The translations under genes were made by a program, and so were the position numbers. Under the pieces are notes generated by a model that did no database searches, was not told the DNA's origin, and was given only the letters and a program-made list of their open reading frames with translations. A stretch of DNA of 64,000 nucleotides from Eledone cirrhosa (taxonomy: Eukaryota). Below are positions 11,848-26,173 of this stretch, one piece after another (the stretch's first letter is position 1; the number at the start of each line of letters is the position of its first letter). The DNA lies in contig OZ024742.1 of NCBI GenBank assembly GCA_964016885.1, positions 70,556,001 through 70,620,000 of the forward strand. The letters run 5' to 3'.

Positions 11848-14800
11848 TGGGGGCTGCTGTGGGGGAGATTGCCGGAAGTTGGGGGACGTCTGACCGGAAG
11901 AGGGAGGACGAGTGACATCACATGAGGGTTCAGGGGCTACTGCCTGCCTCTTTCCCAGCAGTTCGTGGTCAATTGAGGACCTGTGATGTGAAGCGAGACT
12001 GAGAGAAGCTCTGATACTCTAAAGTCGGGTGTAAGACACGTGGAAGGTGGACGACTCTACCCAAAGTGAATCAAAGGCGCAAGGTAAGTTCGAATGCTAC
12101 CGGTTACAAGCTAATTTCGGCGTTTAATACTTTTCCCCATCTTTCGGCATTCTTACTTCCGGCAGCGAATTTTTTTTTCTTCTTTCTCTTCTTGGGGCAT
12201 TATTGACTTTTACGATATCGCAAAGGAGATGGCGGCGAAATTGAAAATGATTAGCGAGGCCCTTTAACGGCGAAGGAGATGTCATCGCCTGGTTGAGAAA
12301 AGTCAGATTGGTTGCTACGCTGCAAGGTATTGAGAATGCGGCTGGCCTAATCGTTCTTTATCTCGATGGAAATACACTGGCATTATACCTCGAGATGAAC
12401 GTGTCAGACCAACTGAACGCGGAGAAGATAGAGCAACGTCTTAAGGAAGCGTTCGCTGAGGGGCTTTGTGCTGCTTTCGCCAAGCTAGGCAAAGTGAAAT
12501 GGATGGGAGAACACGTGGACGTATTTGCAGCGGAAATACGTCGGTTGGCTACGCTGGCTGAACTCACGGGAGACTGTGAAAGGGCCGTGTAGATGGCGTT
12601 GTGAACGGGTTCCCCGATGAGATCTCGGGTAGGCTAAACAGCTGCCTGGCAACAGAAAAATGAGCATAAGCGAGCTAATCGCGCAGGGCCGCGTAGTAAC
12701 ACAAGGCGCTGAGCGGAATGTTGCGGCGCTAGCAGCGACGGAAGCCCATGGCAGTCGACAGCGATCGACGAAAGGAGAACAGCCACTGTGAATATTCGTC
12801 CGTGGGCGTTCAGATGCCGGTGCTTCAAGTGCCAGAGCCCGCACATGGCAAGAGACAGCAGAGCCGAAACCAGACATAATCTGCTACAGATGTAAGCGGC
12901 CAGGCCACATCATCAACAATTGCGACCAGGGAAATGGTCCAAGGAGGGTAACTGCACCGGTAGCTACCTGGAAGCGAGTAGAGGCGCTCATGCAGTCGCT
13001 GCCCTTAGTGGAAGTTCTGGTGGGGGGGGGGGCATCACGAGCCCCCATGAACACGGGCTGCACAACAACATTAGTGGTTAAAAAAAAAGAGCGGGATGAG
13101 TAGTGTATGGGCAGTCGACGGCAGGGAGATATGATGCCGAGGTAGCAGTAAGGTGGAGATGGTGGCACAGGAAAGAAAAATAAGTCTCCGGGCGTTCGTG
13201 ATTGACCACGTGGTGGACGGAATCGATGTAGTAATGGGCATAGATGTGATTGGCTGCTTAGGAGGCGTTACAGTGAGCGAGATCGAGGTAACGTTTGGTA
13301 GCGTGGGAACATCATGCGCCGTGAGTATGCAACAGGAGAACAGGGAGATCCACGAAGAAAAACATGCTGCTCACACCACACACGACAAGGATTTCGATGG
13401 GCACCGGTAGGTAGTTGAGTGGTACTGGAAAGGAGAACCATCAATGCTGAAGAATAGAGTGGGCTGTTATCAGCATACCTTGAAAGGAGATGCCAGAAGC
13501 GAGTTTGAGGGAGAGGTACAGAGATGGATCGAGGAGGGTATTCCTTGGAAGGAGGAGTTAAATGTGGAGTGTTGCCGTTAATGGCAGTAGTGTAACCCAC
13601 GTAGAACAAGGTCAGACTGGTGTTGGGCTTTCGTGAACTGAACGAACTGAACGAACCTTGCGAGAGTGGAGACGAATGACGGGAGGCCTCCACGATTGTC
13701 GACTTAAAGTCGGCATATCTACAGCTTCAAGTAGATGAGAAGCCGTGGAAGTATCAGCTGGTCAGGTATAAGGGCCAGACATACTTCCTGACCAGGCTTG
13801 GCTTCGGGTTGAACTCTGCATAAAGATCATGGTGACGGTCCTCGATACCATTCTGGGGAAAGCAGACAAGGTGAAGAAGAGGGCCACCATCTCCTACATC
13901 GATGACATCTTGGTAGACGAGACTGTGGTGTCAGCAGCAGAAGTCTCAAGCCACTTAGGAATGTTCGGATTAACCGCGAAACCGCCGGAGGGGGGGGGGG
14001 GGGTAAAGGCGAATGACCCAGTAAGTGGATGCTGGTGCGCCCCCAAATCGGAGAGCGGACCGTATGGTGCGATGCCAACAGCATAGCGCTCGAGGTCACT
14101 CTGGAGATAGGTAGTGTCGAGGTTGAGGACGCAGCCTGGCTCAGGAAGAAGGAGGACTGCAACCACATCAACGTGGCGGAACTGAATGCTGTGTTGAGAG
14201 GAGTGAATCTCGCCCTGAGATGGGGGCTGCGCACCATAGAGATTCGCACAATCTCGGCCTGTACTCATATGGGGGAGATCAATGCTTACCAATGAAAAGA
14301 GGGTGTGAACGAGAGGAACAGCAAAAATGTTGATAAAGCATCGCTTTGGAACTCTGGGAGAGCTGTCTACCGAGTTCGGCCTGACGTTGAGTGTAGTCTT
14401 TGTACCCTCAGAGAAAAATAGGGCAGATATTTTAATCAGGGTGAAGAAAGCCTGGCTAGAAGCGCCAGAGGACGCAGAAAAGGGTATAGCTACAGTGTGT
14501 CGGCTGAGTGACTCGTAGTTGAGGGGGTTGCATACTATGCACCATATGGGAGTGGATAGGATCCTGCTCCTAGCCAGAAAAATCGACTCCAACGTTAGCA
14601 GACAGAGTGTCCAGAGAGTGGTCAGAGGTTGCGACAGATGCCAGTCTATCGACTCCGCTCCGAGTGTGCACGAGACGGGCAGCATCTCAGTGGAGCACAA
14701 CTGGAAGCGATTGGCGGTGGACATTACACATTACCGACAAGGGACGTATCTCTCAATGGTCGATTGTGAGCCGGTATGGATGGCGATATGGAGGGAAATG

Positions 14801-15654
14801 AAGACGGGGACTGCGAAGGAAATCGCGCGGACGCTGAGAGAGATATTCTTGGAGCGGGGCCATGTGGATGAACTGCTGATGGACAACAGCATAGCGTTTC
14901 GCTCGGAGGCGCTTAGAGAGATGCTTGGGGAGGTGAACCGCTTCTTCAGAACGGCATTAAGAAATGGGATGATAAAGAGACACCATCGCATAATCAACGC
15001 TTTGGCGGGGAGGGGGCACATTTCACCAATGGAGGCAGTGTTTTGGTACTACATGTCTCCTCGGGTGGGACAGCCCGAGGAGTCGGTGCCACACAGGGCA
15101 ATATACAGATACGAATGGCGACATCCGTGCACGGTACCGTTGCACATCTCAATGGGGAAAGGGAACGATAACGGCCGTAAATTCCCGAAACAACGTGTTT
15201 GTGGACGGAATACCACGTCACCTCTTGGATATCCGTAGAGTCGTTGTTTTGACGGACTCCGAGGAAGAGGAAAACGAAAGCGCCGACCCAACATTGCGGA
15301 GATCGCAACGGGACCGCCGACCACCAAGTTGGATGGCGGATTTTGAAATGTAATGGGAGGGGGGGGGGTTGATCCTTGAGATCAGGGGGGCGCGTGGGGC
15401 TGCTGTGGGGGAGATTGCCGGAAGTTGGGGGACGTCTGACCGGAAGAGGGAGGACGAGTGACATCACATGAGGGTTCAGGGGCTACTGCCTGCCTCTTTC
15501 CCAGCAGTTTGTGGTCGATTGACGACCTGTGATGTGAAGCAAGACTGAGAGAGGCTCTGATACCCTAAAGTCGGGTGTAAGACACGTGGAAGGTGGACGA
15601 CTCTACCCAAAGTGAATCGAAGACGCAAGGTAAGTTCGAATGCTACCGGTTACA
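11848..15654 (+). mobile_element. Decayed Gypsy/Ty3 LTR retrotransposon
   Basis: LTRs at 11848-12108 and 15393-15654 (about 261 bp, ending TTACA) with a purine tract before the 3' LTR. Gag has CCHC-like knuckles (CFKCQSPH, CYRCKRPGHIINNC), RT has SYIDDILV, and RNase H precedes an integrase with HHCC (HTMHHMG..CDRCQ). Many stops and frameshifts. Both flanks are (TACA)n. Confidence 0.92.
14519..15238 (+). pseudogene. Gypsy integrase remnant
   Basis: HHCC zinc finger and DDE-region motifs WKRLAVDITH and LLMDNSIAF. Confidence 0.85.
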
Positions 15655-15727
15655 TACATACATACATACATAGATACATACATACATACATACATAATAC
15701 ATACATACATACATACATACATACATA

Positions 15728-17458
15728 CAACGTTCTCAAAGGATATAGGAATGGAGTTTGTCCATGATAAATGTTCATACATGACTGTAAAGCGGAGAAA
15801 AACAACAACCCAATCTAGCAACATTGTCATCAATGGCCAAACTGTTTCACCGATATCTGATGAGGACTGCTACAGATACCTGGGGATAGATGAGAACATA
15901 TCTTATAATGGTATTTGTAATAAGGAACGCGTAACCAGGGAATACTACACCCGATTAAGAAAGATTGGTCATCAGAACTCTCAGCGCAAAACAAAACAGT
16001 GGCTCACAATGTGTTTGCTGTGCCTGTCCTAACACCAACGTTTGGAATACTCAATTGGACGATAGACGAAATCCGAGCAGTTGATGTTGAAACTCGAAAA
16101 ATACTAAACAACAACGGAAACTTCCACATCAACAGTGACATAGACCGCCTTAACTTGAAACCTAAGCAGGGAGGCAGAGGCCTAACATCAGTCGAGACAG
16201 GATTTGAATGTCGCATCATATCTCTCCGACAAGATCTACGAACCTCGAAGCGTAGGAGCCCGTCTCTCGAGCAAGTCTATCTGCATGAAACAGATAAGAT
16301 CATGAGAGTTGGGAAGTAACTCCTCGAGAGATATTGCCTGTGTGATAATGAAAAATTCACACCTAAGGAAGTCGCTCAGCAGTATCGCAGTGAATCCATG
16401 GATGAAAAACTGCATGCTTATCAGCAAAAAATCATGCATGGATATGTTGCCAGGAAGCTCCAGAGTGAGAGTAATATAGATAAGGAAAGTAGTCTATCTT
16501 GGACCAACAACCGCTATATTGGCTCCCACTTTGAAGGATACGCTTTTGCAATCCAAGAACAGGAGATTAACACGAAATACCTTATTCACAAAAGAGATAG
16601 CGATGCAGGCAAAACACCTAGATGTGATAACAAGTGCAGAGTCTGCAGAACTAACATCGAGGATATCACCCATGTCATCAGCAGCTGTCCAAAGATGTCA
16701 TCGCGGTACTATCTACCTATGAGGCATGCTGTAGTGGCCAAAACACTATTCAATGCAGTTCGTAAAAAAGATAGCCCCGATAATAAACACATTAAAAGCT
16801 ACAGCAATGTGGAAGACATCCATGTACATAATATGAAAGAGTACTGGTGGAATGTTCCAGTAAAAACCCCAATAAAATGCAGGCATAACAGACCAGATAT
16901 TATGATATGTGACAGGGAGAAGAAAGCATGCACAGTAGTGGGAATTAGTTGCCCAGCAGATGCCAATATAATATCAAAGATTAGCGAAAAGGAGAATATT
17001 TATGCAGAACTGATGAGAAATCTGCAGATACTCCACCCTGATTACACCTTCAGATTTATGCCTGTGATTATTGGGGCACTGGGGTATGTTAGTAACTGCC
17101 TCAATACAAATCTTGAGAAGCTAGGCTTCACAAGAACAGAAAGAACACAACTAATTAGGAAATTACAAGTACAATCCATTAATGGAACAGTAAAAATATG
17201 TAAAACATTTCAAAAATTTTGCATCTAATAACTGCATATACACATGTACAGATACAAAGCATATACACATGCACACATACAACTCAAAACATACACATCC
17301 ACACATACAATAACATCCATATCTACACATGCACACATGCATACATAATCTACCTAGTTGATGTTGTGTAAATTCCAATGAGAGAGTCTTGTGTCTATGT
17401 TAGAAACCGACTCTCTCTCTATTGGGAAAAAATTTGTGAAATTATAAAACCAGAAGAA
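15728..17458 (+). mobile_element. 5'-truncated R4/Dong-like non-LTR retrotransposon (restriction-like endonuclease), copy 1
   Basis: YRYLG and DIDRL..GGRGL RT thumb, CRVC..HVISSC zinc finger, RH, RPD and ISCP..K RLE motifs (ORF 16398..17228). 3' UTR hairpin. Bounded by (TACA)n on both sides. Confidence 0.88.
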
Positions 17459-17475
17459 CATACATACATACATAC

Positions 17476-18260
17476 TCAAAAAGCCTGGCATGGAGTTCCG
17501 ACAAGTTTATGACATCACACATTGAGGGATATCTCTATGCAATACAGGAACAAGAACTCCCTACCAAATATCTGCTGCACAAAAGAAGAGGGCCATCAGC
17601 TGACAATAAATGCAGGCTATGTAAAACAAAGATCGAAGATGTAAGCTACATTGTTGCCAGCTGCAAAAGAATGTCATCTCGCTACTCCCTCCCCATGAGA
17701 CACGATGGGATAGCTAGAACAATCTGGAACGCACTTCGGAAAACAAAATTAAAAACAAACGAGGAAGAATATATTGAGACGGATGGCACTAAGGAATACT
17801 GGTGGAACCTGAAAATAAAAACTGCCACCAAATTAAAGCACAACCGGCCTGATATTGTTGTTTGGGACCACACATTGAAAACGTGTTCTGTTGTGGAGAT
17901 CAGCTGCCCACTTGATATAAACGTTGTCAGAAAAATACAGGAGAAGGAGGACATCTACGGACCATTGATGAGGAGTTTACAAATCCAGTATCCATGATAC
18001 ACCTTTAGCTTCATACCCATCATTATTGGAGCTACGGGTTATATACCAACCCGCTTGGACCAATGTATAACTGAACTTGGATTTGCAGACAAAGAGCGCA
18101 GCTACCTAATTCGTAGTCTACAAATGGCTGCGATAGCTGGCACCTTCAAAATTTGCAAAACATTCTTGCGATTCAAGGGATGACAATTTTTTTTCTGTTA
18201 CAACCTTGCCACCAGGAAGGTGACCGGTCAAAAATATACTCGAAATTAAGAGAAAGAGAT
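17476..18260 (+). mobile_element. 5'-truncated R4/Dong-like RLE element, copy 2 (different subfamily)
   Basis: ORF 17509..17997 with CRLC..IVASC, RHD, NRPDIVVWD and EISCP. (TACA)n on both sides. Confidence 0.87.
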
Positions 18261-18749
18261 AACATACATACATACATAGTACGACATGATGAGAGAGGTT
18301 CCGCTGCTATATCTAGCAAATATAACGACTACGTAGAGGCTGTTGACATGCCTCCATTAATAAACCTTTTAATGCCTTTCCCCATCTCCCACACCTGGAT
18401 AACCACCAGATTATGGTCATAGGTCAGCTCCTACCAAGCAGTTCCGTGATGGAAGGCATTCTAACTGTGACCATATTGTCCTTCAGCACATCCGAGACTG
18501 CACTGTCCGATGGGTCCCACTTTTATTAAAGACGGTCGGATGTGACAAAGTAGATTTCGCTGCTACTTCCAGCAGGTCGAACGACCTTATAGGCTCTCTT
18601 CGACAAATCTCCGAATTACAGAAAGTGGAAACCAAGCCGAAACTACAGTGAAGAGCTGGGTTCAGATTCAATCTCATCTGGCTAGGTATTTAACTTTCGT
18701 CGATGAGTTGTTATTAATAAGATTATCCTTATTATTTTCCGATTGGACG

Positions 18750-19100
18750 CAGTATGGTCGGATGGTAAAGGATTTCGTATCACAATCATCAAGTCCCGAG
18801 TTCGATCTTCGATCCCACTGCGAGGCATCTTGAGCAAGTGTCATTCACAATAACCTCGAATCGACCTATGACTTGTGAGTGAAATTGGGTTGATGGATAT
18901 TGTTTGGAAGCGTTTCGGACGGATTGTACCAGTAATTCAAAAAACTAGCCTTGACGCACACTGTCCCGCTGAATCTCCCTGAGAATGATGTTAAAAGAAC
19001 ACATGTATATGGAATGCTCAGTCACTTACACATTAATTTCATGAACAGGCTGTTCCGTTGATCGAACAACTGAAACACCCGTCGTCGAAACCGGCGAAGG
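18750..19100 (+). mobile_element. Degenerate SINE, second octopus-type family
   Basis: A-box/B-box-like head (tggtcggatggt, gagttcgatc). The tail ctcagtcacttacacattaatttcatgaacaggctgttccgttgatcg also appears at about 31620-31820. Confidence 0.6.
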
Positions 19101-20625
19101 TTCATTCTATCATTTTCCAAGCTATAAGCTCTTCTACGGTGAAGTTACTTGCCACAATGTCTGAGTAGCAGATATTGAAACCTTGAAACAATAAATGCCT
19201 TGAAGTCAGGGTATCTTAATGGCTGAGGTCATGAACTCTTTACTTTGACAACACCTGTTATAGAAAACCATTGGTCTCCTACCGGGGTACCGCGAGCTTA
19301 TTGTTTATTCAGTACCCGTACAAAAGTCACATAGCTTAAAAGCACAGTGAGGTAGTAGTAAGCAAGGTCTCAGAAACGTCGAAAGCCACTACTCTAGACT
19401 GACTAACCTGTAATCGTGATGACCAACATCTGTTAGAGATTCCAGATTGACTTACCCATTATTGTTGGGTTATTAATACAGTATTAACAAAACAATCAGG
19501 CTGAATAGGTGTGGCTGACCGAGTTATAAAGATGAGAGTTTCAATTTTGTTAAGTACTATTTGGAGGAGGAGATTTACAACTTTCTTAAAAATTAAGGGA
19601 TGATAGTAGAGAAATTAACCAATACTATAAACGACTACCTCCAGGCAAGCAGCAACTACAGTCATCAGTCAGCACCAGACAGCACAGTGTAAACATGGAC
19701 ACACGCCACGACGAAAAAACTGCTTTCAACCAGCTAATTTTTAACGACCCAACCAACAACGGGAACTTAATCCCATAAACATGGGTTTACCGAATCGAAT
19801 ATGAGAAAGAAATAACCTGAGACGATTTCACCAAACACCATCATTATCCACAAGTAACGTAGAGCCATGGAACACAGTTTTACAAGAAAAAGAAGCAATA
19901 CTAAATAGACTCTATTACTACGAAACTAGACAACCTATGCCTAAACTGAAAGAATGGGGCATGATAGAATTAAACCCTTTAATGTAGTTAACAATTTGAA
20001 AAATATATTGATAAATACATTTCAAACGAATATGTGCAAATATATCAACAAGAAAATAAATTTAAAAAAGCTAAAAGATTCCTTCCTATTCATGGACACT
20101 GACCACCTAAAAAGTAAAAGATCATTGAAGTAAGGAAACAACTTGAACACGACCTAAATTCGGAAGAAAAATTACAATGCAAATTTGATCCAGAACAAAA
20201 TGCACAAGCTTGCATTTACCACGGACAACTTCGGAGGCTCCAGATCATCTACACCACCACCTGCCAAATAGTCCAGAATGGAGTCCACAATCCATGGATA
20301 GACAACAATAAGGACTCCGAACAAACAAATCAAGAAAGATGACTATATACAAGAACAATTATCAACGAATATGTTCTATTAATGAAGAGAGGGTATAGTT
20401 CTGAACATTTCAACAAAAACATTTCTTGCCTGCGTGAAATTTTCAATAGACTTTTGTTTTTTAAGACTTAGACACTTTCTTAGATATTTATAATTCTTAA
20501 CCTGTGTTTTTCGCTTCTATAACTATTTCTATCATTGTCACTGTTTCACTGGTACATTATATATTTTTCATAATAAATGTTTAAATTTATATATTTGTTT
20601 GTTTTATTTTTATGCATGTATTTAT

Positions 20626-20728
<103 letters not shown>

Positions 20729-21179
20729 AGTTGGAATTGGAAATAGAACTGAAAATATAACGTGCCAATGGAACATTTGTGTAGATTTTAGAACTGCTAA
20801 AGAAAAAGCAGTCAAATCTCCTACAAATCACACCCAACTGTCATAATAACAACCAAGTATGAAAAAAATAAGACGGGATGGTCATAACCTGAAGGTCTTT
20901 GATCATAGGTATGCTCGATCAAAGGTGACCTGAATAATACCACGATCTGGCACTTGGGTATTTTTAGCGAAGTTCTATTGCAAGCATCCGGATGAGGTTT
21001 CGGGTTTGAGAATACCATCCACATTTCAAGCCATGAAAACATATACATATACGGTGATATCGAATGAATTGAAGTAACGATACACACACACGTACACCAG
21101 ATCCGAATACAGAGAGGCCGAACTCCCCAGTCATCGCCTCCATCTCTCTCGCCCTCCTCATCTCTCATTATTATGAGTA

Positions 21180-21320
21180 AATGCGTCCCACGCGCCGGCC
21201 GCACCACGACTCCGGCGGACAAAATAGAGAAGGCGTTTCCCCAGAGGATGGTGAGGGATATCCGCAGGAAGACCCTTGTATCTCGCGAGGCTTACACCTG
21301 CGGCTAGCTCGGCGCCCTCT
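21180..21320 (-). mobile_element. 3' fragment of a CRE-like RLE retrotransposon
   Basis: Nucleotide similarity to 32800-32905 (gagaaggcgttt..gagga.ggt.aggga...ctcgcg..gct.acac..cctgcggct). Confidence 0.65.
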
Positions 21321-21371
21321 ATTCATTCGATATGACAGTAACTTATAATACATATACTGTGTGTATGTATA

Positions 21372-21772
21372 TATGACTATAGTCGGCTGAAAACCGATAA
21401 CGTATGGTCTTCTAAATGTTTTTAATAAACATACGGTATATTGCCAAATATACTATACTACACTCATGTATATATCGCTATTTCAGAGCACCAATCCTAA
21501 TATCTAATTTTGCTGGACTGGCAATCGCTCTGCACAATCAGCTCCTGATTAATTACTGGAATTCTATGAGAATTCAGCTTCTATAATTTTCGGCGGAAGC
21601 AGGGTGTGTGTGGCTCTGATGATCGCCAAACAGCGTGAAACAGACTGTTAGCTTCTTTCCCTTCTTCGCCGAAAAGAAGTAAGTGACATAGTCACTACTT
21701 TAAAACCGATAGCGTATGGTCTTCTAAATGTTTTAATTAAACATACGGTATATGCCAAATATACTATACATA
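21372..21772 (+). mobile_element. Retrozyme-like element, family R312 (about 1.2 monomers)
   Basis: Direct repeat of about 70 nt (aaaaccgata.cgtatggtcttctaaatg...) at 21390 and 21702, period 312. One HHR lies between the repeats. Ends in (TA)n. Confidence 0.72.
21612..21653 (+). ncRNA. Type I minimal hammerhead ribozyme
   Basis: GGCT-CTGATGA-TCGC(CAAACA)GCGT-GAAAC-AGACT-GTT-AGCT. Confidence 0.8.
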
Positions 21773-21774
21773 CA

Positions 21775-21866
<92 letters not shown>

Positions 21867-21946
21867 GGAAAACAGAAATAACAACACAATCGGTACAGTA
21901 TATGAAGGGATATATTAGGTTAACGCTTGATATAGCAGGAAGAGGG

Positions 21947-21982
21947 TCTTAACGTTTCGGACGCTAATCCTTCATCAGAAGA
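21947..21982 (-). ncRNA. Type I minimal hammerhead ribozyme in a pLTR ending at (CA)n
   Basis: Minus strand reads TCTT-CTGATGA-AGGA(TTAGCG)TCC-GAAAC-GTT-AAGA, with a palindromic AACGTT stem III. Confidence 0.82.
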
Positions 21983-22164
21983 AAGAATGAGAATAAGATA
22001 GATGGGGGGGGGGGGGGATTGGAAAAAATGTCTTTAGATAAAAATAACACGTCCATTCATGTTGACATCTCTTGCAAAACTGTTGGTGCTGGCGTTTTGT
22101 GTATGATTTATTTTTTAGTAGTATAGTTAATACAAAGTATTATTATAGTTTCAGAAAGCTGGTA

Positions 22165-23420
22165 AAATGCGATACAACACTCTATACAGTAAGGTTAATA
22201 ACATCGCGTCTAACCAGCTAGAAGTCACCATTAACTCCAGCTGGATAATATCTGTAAGCGCAGAAGTTTACCTAGTAGAATTAAACACATCTTCGGAACA
22301 GCAAGCTCCCCACCTTCTACCATCTATTAAAACACACAAAATAGGACCCAGTTTAAAATTAGACCTATTGTTCCCGGCATAAACGGTCCTTTGATATAAA
22401 ATTTCCAGGCTTCTCTCCAGACTTCTTAAACCTCTCCTTAACACTTTCCCCGGACACGTAAACAGATCATACGAAGTAATCAACGGACTTCAAAAACTTG
22501 ACCTCACCACATTGGAAAGAATAGATATCCATTTAGTTTAGACGTAATTTCCCTCTGCGCATTTGCCTTTTCCCCAGGCCATTGACTTAATTACGGACAA
22601 CCCTCTGCCAACCTCAATTGTTTTAGCCTCACTGCTGCTGACATCCACGAACTGCTATCTGTCGTCATGTGCAACACCTTTTTCCAGTTTGAGGACTCTG
22701 TCTATAAACAAATTTCGAGACTGCCGATGGGCTCAAGTCTCTCAGGCCTGCTGGCCATCACGTACATGGACCAGTTGGAGCATATAGCACTCACCACCTA
22801 CTTCTGCTCCTTCTTCTCCATGTACGCGGATGCTCACTTCATCGTATAACGAACCCGTCAAAATTTACGTCTTTGAAATCGTAGGCACCCACGTGAATTT
22901 TGAGGTTGAGCACCCAGATACCACTGGATACCTCTCTCTATTTGACTTTACACTAAGAATCACAGAGGATGGATCCATATACACTAAATTTTACAAGGAT
23001 GCCTGCAGAGACATTTTTGTGCACCATTATTCTGCCCTTCCCTCAGAGCCAAAATGGCCTACGTATATACGGAATGAGATCTCCTGGATGCACAACAGAT
23101 GCAGTGAGGGTGGCAACAAACGCACCATCCCGGAGGAATTCCTGAGAGTTCTCACTGAGAACGGCTACCATATTTCTCTCACCAAACACAGAAATGCCAA
23201 AACAGCAACACTTAAAAGAACAAAGAGGACACACACCCCTAGAAATAATATATGCTACCTAAAGCTGCCGCATTTTAATGAGAAGACAACCACTGCCATC
23301 AGACAAGCTATCCGTAGGGATGGCTTGAATATACAGCTAACGCACTCGGGAGCTTCATTGGGGAAACTACTCTACAGACACCAACCCACATACAGCCATA
23401 TGTGCATACACCAATAAATA
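22165..23420 (+). pseudogene. Decayed Penelope/Poseidon-type RT
   Basis: IKTHK..IRPIV, SLDV.SL, FFQFEDSVYKQ..LPMGSSLSG, LSLFDF and VHHYSALP motifs with frameshifts. Confidence 0.85.
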
Positions 23421-23772
23421 ATGACACAATACCTGTGGCGACGTCATCAGGTATAATTTACATAAAAGATTAAAAATATTAAATAATCAATTATTGGATT
23501 ACAGCAAAATATAAACAAAGAATAGAATTGATACTGAGGCGGTCGGTCAGTGCGATCACTGTTACAGACAGCCTCCGTATGCCCCCACTATGCTATGCAT
23601 TGTGGGTTTGTATGTGTGACTAAAGAAGGGGGGGGGGGCAGTGAAGCCTTCCTATCGATCCCGGCCAGTCATAAAGCCGTTCAGAACAGTTGTTTGTTGT
23701 TTTTAACAAGGTCTGGTGCTACATTACTTGAAGCCGAGGGTATTATTATCTACTCTTCGTAATTTATTTGCT

Positions 23773-23873
<101 letters not shown>

Positions 23874-24073
23874 ATATTAATAAATGGAAACTATATTTAT
23901 AAAACCATATTTATTTTATTATAGATATTACAACCAAGGCAAATTATGGTGCGCTTTCATCAGATAAAATACACATTTGTTTTATAAATAAATATTGACA
24001 TACCCGGAAAAAAGACAACCTTAACGGTTGGAGCTTCCTGAATAAACACACACATATATATATATATACATAC

Positions 24074-24211
<138 letters not shown>

Positions 24212-24230
24212 GTATATATATATGTATATA

Positions 24231-24388
<158 letters not shown>

Positions 24389-24449
24389 TATGTTGATTTA
24401 AAACAGCACTATTCACAAGCGTTTTTTAACCTTCATATCATGTCTCCTT

Positions 24450-24518
24450 ATTTTATCTGACGAAAACGCAAATGTCATCGCATGATGATATTTGTTTTTG
24501 AAATGCGCATAATAAAAT
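24450..24518 (+). ncRNA. Type I hammerhead ribozyme in a short segment between (TA)n tracts
   Basis: ATTTTAT-CTGACGA-[AAACGCAAATGTCATC/GATGATATTTGTTTTT]-GAAA-TGCGCA-TA-ATAAAAT. A related partial copy lacking GAAA lies on the minus strand at about 23912-23970. Confidence 0.8.
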
Positions 24519-24610
24519 ACATGGAACTCTTTTAACCATCTTTTGATCTTATATATATATATATATACATACTACTGTACGTCTGTATACACGTATGTAT
24601 GTACGTATAC

Positions 24611-24784
<174 letters not shown>

Positions 24785-24832
24785 GACGTAAAATAAGAAA
24801 ATTATAAAAATTAACTCACTTACTAAAATTTC

Positions 24833-24915
24833 ACTCCAACTAATTAGTTTCTGTAAGGGAATAAATATGGTTACCCAACGGAACCATAGAGAAAATCCTT
24901 ACGTCATCAGGGAGT
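24833..24915 (-). ncRNA. Type I hammerhead ribozyme, monomer 1
   Basis: ACTCC-CTGATGA-C[GTAAGG...CCTTAC]A-GAAA-CTAATTAG-TT-GGAGT, with a palindromic AACTAATTAGTT stem III. Confidence 0.85.
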
Positions 24916-25362
24916 CTATTCTCAGCTAAGTTCCCAGGCAATGCGTGGACACAGGGAACTTATACAAAAATAATTCAGTGGATGGAAAATAGCGAGCGGG
25001 GACTAAATTCCAGGACATTGAAAAAATCACTGCCTACTTGGTCGGTGGCAAATTCAGAAGAATCAATCACGTGACACTGAGGTTAATCAGTGAGTAGTGG
25101 GGTGCTAATAAGACAGGAGCGTGACTACTACCATGAACCACAGCAGTAATTTCGGCAAATTTTTAGCTCAACAAATAATTTGGAGATAATTATAAAGAAT
25201 TAGTATATCTACCAACATATATATACAGATGCATACTTATGCTAGTAAATATATAGGTTTTGTCTTAGTAACATTGTGGTTCAATGCAAGAGGATGCAGA
25301 ACAATTATATGAAAGACGTAAAATAAGAAAATTATAAAAATCAACTTACTTACTAAAATTTC

Positions 25363-25445
25363 ACTCTAACTAATTAGTTTCTGTAAGGGAATAAATATGG
25401 TTACCCAACGGAACCATAGAGAAAATCCTTACGTCATCAGGGAGT
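25363..25445 (-). ncRNA. Type I hammerhead ribozyme, monomer 2
   Basis: Same as 24833-24915 with one stem I mismatch next to the cleavage site (AGAGT). Confidence 0.75.
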
Positions 25446-25892
25446 CTATTCTCAGCTAAGTTCCCAGGCAATGCGTGGACACAGGTAACTTATACAAAAA
25501 TAATTCAGTGGATGGAAAATAGCGAGCGGGGACTAAATTCCAGGACATTGAAAAAATCACTGCCTACTTGGTCGGTGGCAAATTCAGAAGAATCAATCAC
25601 GTGACACTGAGGTTAATCAGTGAGTAGTGGGGTGCTAATAAGACAGGAGCCTGACTACAACCATGAACCATAGCAGTAATTTCGGCAAATTTTTGCTCAA
25701 CAAATAATTTGGAGATAATTAAAAAGAATTAGTATATCTACCAACATATATATACAGATGCATACCTATGCTAGTAAATATATAGGTTTTGTCTTAGTAA
25801 CTTTGTGGTTCAATGCAAGAGGATGCCGAACAATTATATGAAAGACGTAAAATAAGAAAATTATAAAAAATCAACTTACTTACTTATGTATG

Positions 25893-25963
<71 letters not shown>

Positions 25964-25964
25964 G

Positions 25965-26073
<109 letters not shown>

Positions 26074-26074
26074 G

Positions 26075-26173
<99 letters not shown>

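Noticed and set aside
12109-12164. Gypsy self-priming site (ACTTCCGGCA complementary to LTR 11870-11879; no TGG PBS seen)
   Set aside because: It is not adjacent to the LTR end, is only 10 nt, and equals a common ETS-like motif. The evidence is insufficient.
20885-20940. CTGAAGG plus hairpin as a hammerhead
   Set aside because: It lacks the CTGANGA and GAAA consensus and has no stem I.
23425-23455. Minus-strand CTGATGA
   Set aside because: No downstream GAAA or stem III; at most a truncated relic.
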